Below, one piece after another: positions 59,626 through 64,000 of a DNA stretch of 64,000 nucleotides (position 1 is the stretch's first letter; each line of letters opens with the position of its first letter). Source of the DNA: an uncultured Chloroflexia bacterium (lineage in GTDB: Bacteria; Chloroflexota; Limnocylindria; Limnocylindrales; CSP1-4); assembly GCA_963752475.1 (NCBI GenBank), contig CAVVYR010000007.1, positions 576,001 through 640,000 on the forward strand. The letters run 5' to 3'. The notes below the pieces were generated by a model. The model saw only the letters and a list, made by a program, of their open reading frames with translations, was not told the origin of the DNA and did not search any database. A program made the position numbers and the translations under genes.

Positions 59626-60233
59626 GCGAAGCACGGACGGGCGAACGCGTCCGCGAGACCAGGGAGACGCGCATCGCGGTGAGCGTGAACCTCGACGGCA
59701 CCGGCGAGGCGGTCATCGCCACCGGCGTGGGCTTCTACGACCACCTGCTGAGCTCGCTCTCGCACCACTCGCTCATCGACATCGAGGTCAAGGCCGTGGG
59801 CGACACCGAGATCGACGACCACCACACGGTCGAGGACGTGGCCCTCGCGCTTGGCGGCGCCATCAGCGATGCCCTCGGTGATCGTGCCGGCATCACCCGC
59901 TTCGGCGAGGCGCGCGTGCCCATGGACGAGTCGCTGGCCGATTGTGCCCTCGATCTGTCAGGCCGTCCGTACGCGGTGGTCGACCTGCCCTTCCGGGCCG
60001 ATCGCATGGGCGAGCTCAATGCCCAGATGGTCGAGCACGCGCTCTACTCGTTCGCGCAGGCCAGCGGCACCACGCTGCACATCTCGGGGACGGGTCGCAA
60101 CGATCATCACCTCGCCGAGGCCGCCTTCAAGGCCCTCGCGCGTGCCCTGCGTACCGCCGTGACCCCAGACCCGCGCCGCTCCGGCGTGGCCTCCACCAAG
60201 GGCTCGCTCGAGCTCGATGGAGCGGCCGCATGA
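59622..60233 (+). CDS. hisB: Imidazoleglycerol-phosphate dehydratase
   Basis: RETRET, DDHHTVED, PMDE, NDHHLAEA. Confidence 0.96.
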   Translation: MSEARTGERVRETRETRIAVSVNLDGTGEAVIATGVGFYDHLLSSLSHHSLIDIEVKAVGDTEIDDHHTVEDVALALGGAISDALGDRAGITRFGEARVPMDESLADCALDLSGRPYAVVDLPFRADRMGELNAQMVEHALYSFAQASGTTLHISGTGRNDHHLAEAAFKALARALRTAVTPDPRRSGVASTKGSLELDGAAA

Positions 60234-60880
60234 CCGAGCCCATCCGGGTCGCTGTCGTCGACTACGGCGCCGGCAACCTCATCAGCATCCGCAACGCCCT
60301 GCGGCTGCTCGGCGCGGAGGTTCGCGTGGCCGAGAGGCCCGACCAGCTCGAGGGCGCAGAGGTCATCCTCGTGCCCGGCGTGGGTGCCAGCGAGGCGGCC
60401 ATGGGGCGCCTGCGGCGCCAGGGGCTCGTCGAGCCCATCATCGAGCGTGTCGGCGCGGGCACCTGGTTCATCGGCGTGTGCCTTGGGATGCAGCTGCTCT
60501 TCGACCGGAGCGACGAGGACGGCGCTCGCATGCTTGGCCTCCTGCCGGGCGACGTGAAGATGATCCAGGACGCCCCGAGCTTGCCGCACATCGGCTGGAA
60601 CACGCTAAAGGTCGCGCGTGAGCACCCGGTGCTCGAGGGCCTGGCCGACGGCACCCCGGCCTACTTCGTGCACAGCTACGTGCCGGTGCCGGCCGACCCC
60701 GAGGTCACCATCGCCGAGACCGAGCACGGCAGCCGGTTCACCAGCCTCGTGGCCAAGGACCGCATCATCGGTTTCCAGTTCCACCCCGAGCGCTCCGGCG
60801 CCGACGGCATCGCCATGCTGCGCAACACGCTCGGGCTCATCGCGGCCGATCGACCATCGGCCGTGGAGGTGACGGCCTGA
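60230..60880 (+). CDS. hisH: IGP synthase glutaminase subunit
   Basis: DYGAGNL, PGVG, GVCLGMQ, PHIGWN, YFVHSY, QFHPE. Confidence 0.96.
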   Translation: MTEPIRVAVVDYGAGNLISIRNALRLLGAEVRVAERPDQLEGAEVILVPGVGASEAAMGRLRRQGLVEPIIERVGAGTWFIGVCLGMQLLFDRSDEDGARMLGLLPGDVKMIQDAPSLPHIGWNTLKVAREHPVLEGLADGTPAYFVHSYVPVPADPEVTIAETEHGSRFTSLVAKDRIIGFQFHPERSGADGIAMLRNTLGLIAADRPSAVEVTA

Positions 60881-61659
60881 TGCTGCTTCGACGTGTCATC
60901 CCCTGCCTCGACGTCAAGGACGGCCGAGTCGTCAAGGGCGTCCGCTTCGTCGACCTCACCGACGAGGGCGATCCGCCCGAGCTGGCCAAGCGCTACGCCG
61001 AGGCCGGCGCCGACGAGATCTGCTTCCTCGACATCACCGCCGCGCCCGAGGGCCGAGGCACGCTGCTCGACATCGTCGAACGCACCGCCAGCCAGGTCTT
61101 CGTGCCACTGTCGGTCGGTGGTGGCGTGCGCTCCGCACGGGAGATGCGGGACGTACTGCGTGCCGGTGCCGACAAGGTGGCGGTCAACACCGCCGCCGTC
61201 GACGATCCCGACCTCATCAAGACCTGTGCCACCCGCTTCGGCAGCCAGTGCGTCGTGATCAGCGTCGATGCCCGCCGGCTGCCCGGCGACCAGCCCAGGT
61301 GGGAAGTGGTCGTCCAGGGTGGGCGGGTGTCCACCGGGCTCGACGCCATCGAGTGGATCGAGCGCTGTGTGGCCAACGGCGCGGGCGAGGTCCTGCTCAC
61401 CTCGATCGACCGCGACGGCACGCAGGACGGGTTCGACATCGAGCTGCTGCGCACGGTCACGGACCTGGTGCACGTGCCCGTCATCGCGTCCGGTGGCGCC
61501 GGCACTCCGGCCCACATGACCGAGGCCGTCACCGCCGGCAACGCCGACGCGGTGCTCGCAGCCAGCATCTTCCACCGCGACATCCACTCCATCGACGCGG
61601 TCAAGGCGGACATGGCCGCCGCCGGGGTCCCGGTGCGGCTGACCGGAGGCAATGCTTGA
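60880..61659 (+). CDS. hisF: IGP synthase cyclase subunit
   Basis: [33 protein letters not shown]. Confidence 0.97.
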   Translation: MLLRRVIPCLDVKDGRVVKGVRFVDLTDEGDPPELAKRYAEAGADEICFLDITAAPEGRGTLLDIVERTASQVFVPLSVGGGVRSAREMRDVLRAGADKVAVNTAAVDDPDLIKTCATRFGSQCVVISVDARRLPGDQPRWEVVVQGGRVSTGLDAIEWIERCVANGAGEVLLTSIDRDGTQDGFDIELLRTVTDLVHVPVIASGGAGTPAHMTEAVTAGNADAVLAASIFHRDIHSIDAVKADMAAAGVPVRLTGGNA

Positions 61660-62348
61660 TGGGCTCCCGAAATCCCCGCGTCCTCGACCCGACCGCGATC
61701 GACTACGGTCCTGACGGTCTGGTAGCGGCCGTGGTCCAGGATGCCGACGACGAGCGGGTGCTGATGGTGGCCTGGCAGGACGCCGAGGCGGTCGAGGCCA
61801 CGCTCCGGACCGGCGAGGCGCATTTCCACTCGCGCTCACGCGATGCGTTGTGGAAGAAGGGTGAGACCAGCGGCAACACGCTCGCGGTGATCTCGATGGA
61901 GCTCGATTGCGATGCCGACGCCGTGCTCATCAGTGCACGGCCGGCCGGTCCCACCTGCCACACCGAGGCCCGCTCGTGCTTCGATCTGGAGCCTGGCGCT
62001 GAGCCGATCGTGCCGGTCACCACGAAGCCCCAGGACTTCGCCTGGCTGGAACGGCTGTGGGCCGTCATCGATGAGCGCGCCCGGACCCGTCCAGAGGGCT
62101 CCTACACGAGCAAGCTGCTCGACGAAGGCGTCGATGCGACCGCCCGCAAGGTGGCCGAAGAGGCCACCGAGGTCGTGATGGCGGCCAAGGACGACGACGT
62201 CGCCCAGCGCTCAGGCACGGACCGCCCGACCGACGAGCTGGCCGGTGAGGTCGCCGACCTGCTCTACCACTCGCTCGTGCTCTGCGCCGAGCGTGGCCTG
62301 CCGCCATCGGCCGTCATCGACACGCTGAAGGACCGTCACAAGGCCTGA
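61659..62348 (+). CDS. hisIE: Bifunctional PR-AMP cyclohydrolase/PR-ATP pyrophosphatase
   Basis: LWKKGETSG, DCDAD, GPTCHT, GSYTSKL, KVAEEATE, ADLLYH. Confidence 0.94.
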   Translation: MGSRNPRVLDPTAIDYGPDGLVAAVVQDADDERVLMVAWQDAEAVEATLRTGEAHFHSRSRDALWKKGETSGNTLAVISMELDCDADAVLISARPAGPTCHTEARSCFDLEPGAEPIVPVTTKPQDFAWLERLWAVIDERARTRPEGSYTSKLLDEGVDATARKVAEEATEVVMAAKDDDVAQRSGTDRPTDELAGEVADLLYHSLVLCAERGLPPSAVIDTLKDRHKA

Positions 62349-63232
62349 GCCAACGCCTCCTCGCTGCGCGCCGGCGTGTAGTAGCGGCGGTATTCGGCCG
62401 GCGACATCGAGCAGCTGCGCTCGAAGACCTTGTAGAACTGGCTCAGGTTCGTGTAGCTGACCGCGTGGGCCACTTCGGCCACGGAGAGGTCGGTGCCGAC
62501 GAGCAGCCGTTTGGCCTCGGTCAGGCGCACCTGGGTCACGTACTCCTTGAAGCCCACGCCGGTCACCTCCTTGAAGACATGACGGACCCGCGAGGGACTC
62601 ACGTGCACGACCTGTGCCACCCGTTCGAGTGAGATCGGCTCGCGCGCGTGGCGGTCGATGTACGCGAGCACTGGGCGGATGAGCTCTCGCCGTGCGGCTG
62701 CAGCACCGCCCGTGGGCAGCTGTCCGCTGCGCCGTTCACGGTTGACCAGGGCCAGTACCCGACGCAGCGTGGCGTCAGCCAGCTGGAGCTCCGACCGATC
62801 GTGGTGGTCCCACATCAGATGCAGCTCGTCGAGAGCCTGGGCCAGCTCGGCCGCGAGCGCGGTGCCGCCATCGATGCGCGATGAGGTGGTGGGATCGTCC
62901 GGACGGAAGGCGGCAAGGTAGCCGAGGTCGAACGCGCGGCAGCCCGGTCCGGCGATGAGCTCGGACCGGAAGAGCACCAACAGGAGGCGCATGGCCTCAG
63001 CGGCCGCGGCGTGTGCGACGTGCGGCAGCGAGTTGTCGATGAAGAAGACATCGCCCGGGCCAGCCGCCAGCTGCCGCCCACCAAGCCCGAACCGACCTTC
63101 GCCCTCGAGCACGAGCGCGATCTCCAGGTGGTCGTGCCAGTGCATGGGGTCGGCCGCACCTCGCACCTCGTACTCGAGCACGGCCAGCGGGAACCCGGGA
63201 TCCAGCTCCTGCTGCCAGACGTAGACGGCCAT
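62336..63232 (-). CDS. AraC-family transcriptional regulator with a cupin domain
   Basis: HWHDHLEI cupin; FKEVTG...RLTEAKRLL...SVAEVAHAV...SPAEYR HTH. Confidence 0.92.
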   Translation of the reverse strand: MAVYVWQQELDPGFPLAVLEYEVRGAADPMHWHDHLEIALVLEGEGRFGLGGRQLAAGPGDVFFIDNSLPHVAHAAAAEAMRLLLVLFRSELIAGPGCRAFDLGYLAAFRPDDPTTSSRIDGGTALAAELAQALDELHLMWDHHDRSELQLADATLRRVLALVNRERRSGQLPTGGAAAARRELIRPVLAYIDRHAREPISLERVAQVVHVSPSRVRHVFKEVTGVGFKEYVTQVRLTEAKRLLVGTDLSVAEVAHAVSYTNLSQFYKVFERSCSMSPAEYRRYYTPARSEEALAQAL

Positions 63233-63412
63233 GGCTGCACCGTTGCTCGTGGCAGCCGCATCGGACAGGGCCGCTTGGCGTGAAACGGGCCGGACCTCAG
63301 GACCGTGCAGCCGTTTCTGTCAGGACCGCGACCGGCTCTGGCATTGCCTCCGTCGCATGCTGGGTGGACCATCGGCACGACGACCCTACGCAGCCACATC
63401 GGGGGGACCGGC

Positions 63413-64000
63413 ATGGCATTCCCGCACCTCTTCAGCCCCTTGCGCATCGGCGACATGGAGCTGCCCAATCGCATCGTGCAGGTGCCCATCGACATCAGCT
63501 CGTCGCATGCCGACGGCGAGGTCAGCGAGCGCGATATCCACCACCACACCACCATCGCCAAGGGTGGTACCGGCTTCATCATCGTGGGCGCGACCTCGCC
63601 GCACATGGCCACCGGCCGGCCCACCGTCACCTGCCTGGTCGCCGACGGCGACAACTACATCCCCGGCCTCGCCCGACTGGCCGACGCCATGCACCGCTAC
63701 GGCGCCAAGTGTGCGGTGCAGCTGCAGCACCCCGGTCGTCAGAGCGCCATCCCGCGCTTCAACACCCTGGGCGCCACCGATCGCGTCCTGAAGCTGCCAT
63801 GGTCGGCTGGACACGAGATCGTGTACGAGAACGCCGAGGAGAAGGGCAAGGAGATCCGGGAGGCCTCGATCCCGGAGATCATGGAGCTGGTGGACCTCTT
63901 CAGCGAGGCCGCCTGGCGCGTGAAGCAGGCCGGGTTCGACGCGGTCGAACTGCATGCCGCGCACGGCTACCTGCTAAGCGAGTTCATGAGCCCGTTCCTG
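63413..64000 (+). CDS. NADH:flavin oxidoreductase / Old Yellow Enzyme family (3' partial)
   Basis: MAFPHLFSPLRIGDMELPNRIV, QLQHPGRQ, AGFDAVELHAAHGYLLSEFMSP; runs off the window. Confidence 0.9.
   Translation, partial: MAFPHLFSPLRIGDMELPNRIVQVPIDISSSHADGEVSERDIHHHTTIAKGGTGFIIVGATSPHMATGRPTVTCLVADGDNYIPGLARLADAMHRYGAKCAVQLQHPGRQSAIPRFNTLGATDRVLKLPWSAGHEIVYENAEEKGKEIREASIPEIMELVDLFSEAAWRVKQAGFDAVELHAAHGYLLSEFMSPFL

Overview
High-GC, densely coding bacterial chromosomal segment. The gene order is monoderm-type (nrnA-truB-ribF, rpsO-pnp, asd-udg-rnj-ftsK-rodZ-cinA, yebC-ruvCAB-tgt-recA-recX-rny-ymdB-miaB-miaA-hflX); a Chloroflexota-like host is my inference, not proven. It also carries a hut operon, a HisR/TrpR-regulated his operon, an EF-G2 paralog, ettA and a small accessory patch with a frameshifted Fic gene. 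The most striking feature is an 865-aa polynucleotide phosphorylase with a complete, catalytically intact DEDDh (DnaQ-like) 3'-5' exonuclease domain inserted between its two RNase PH domains, a possible single-chain phosphorolytic plus hydrolytic nuclease. Other notable signals: a TGT with a queuine-salvage-type pocket, an SOS box on an internal ruvB promoter that may control recA, a structured RNA upstream of rny (6S RNA candidate), a structured hut leader, several unannotated small ORFs, an EF-G2 with a degenerate G4 motif, and repeated leaderless promoters. Several single-base frameshifts may be assembly errors. No rRNA, tRNA, CRISPR array or transposase was recognised.
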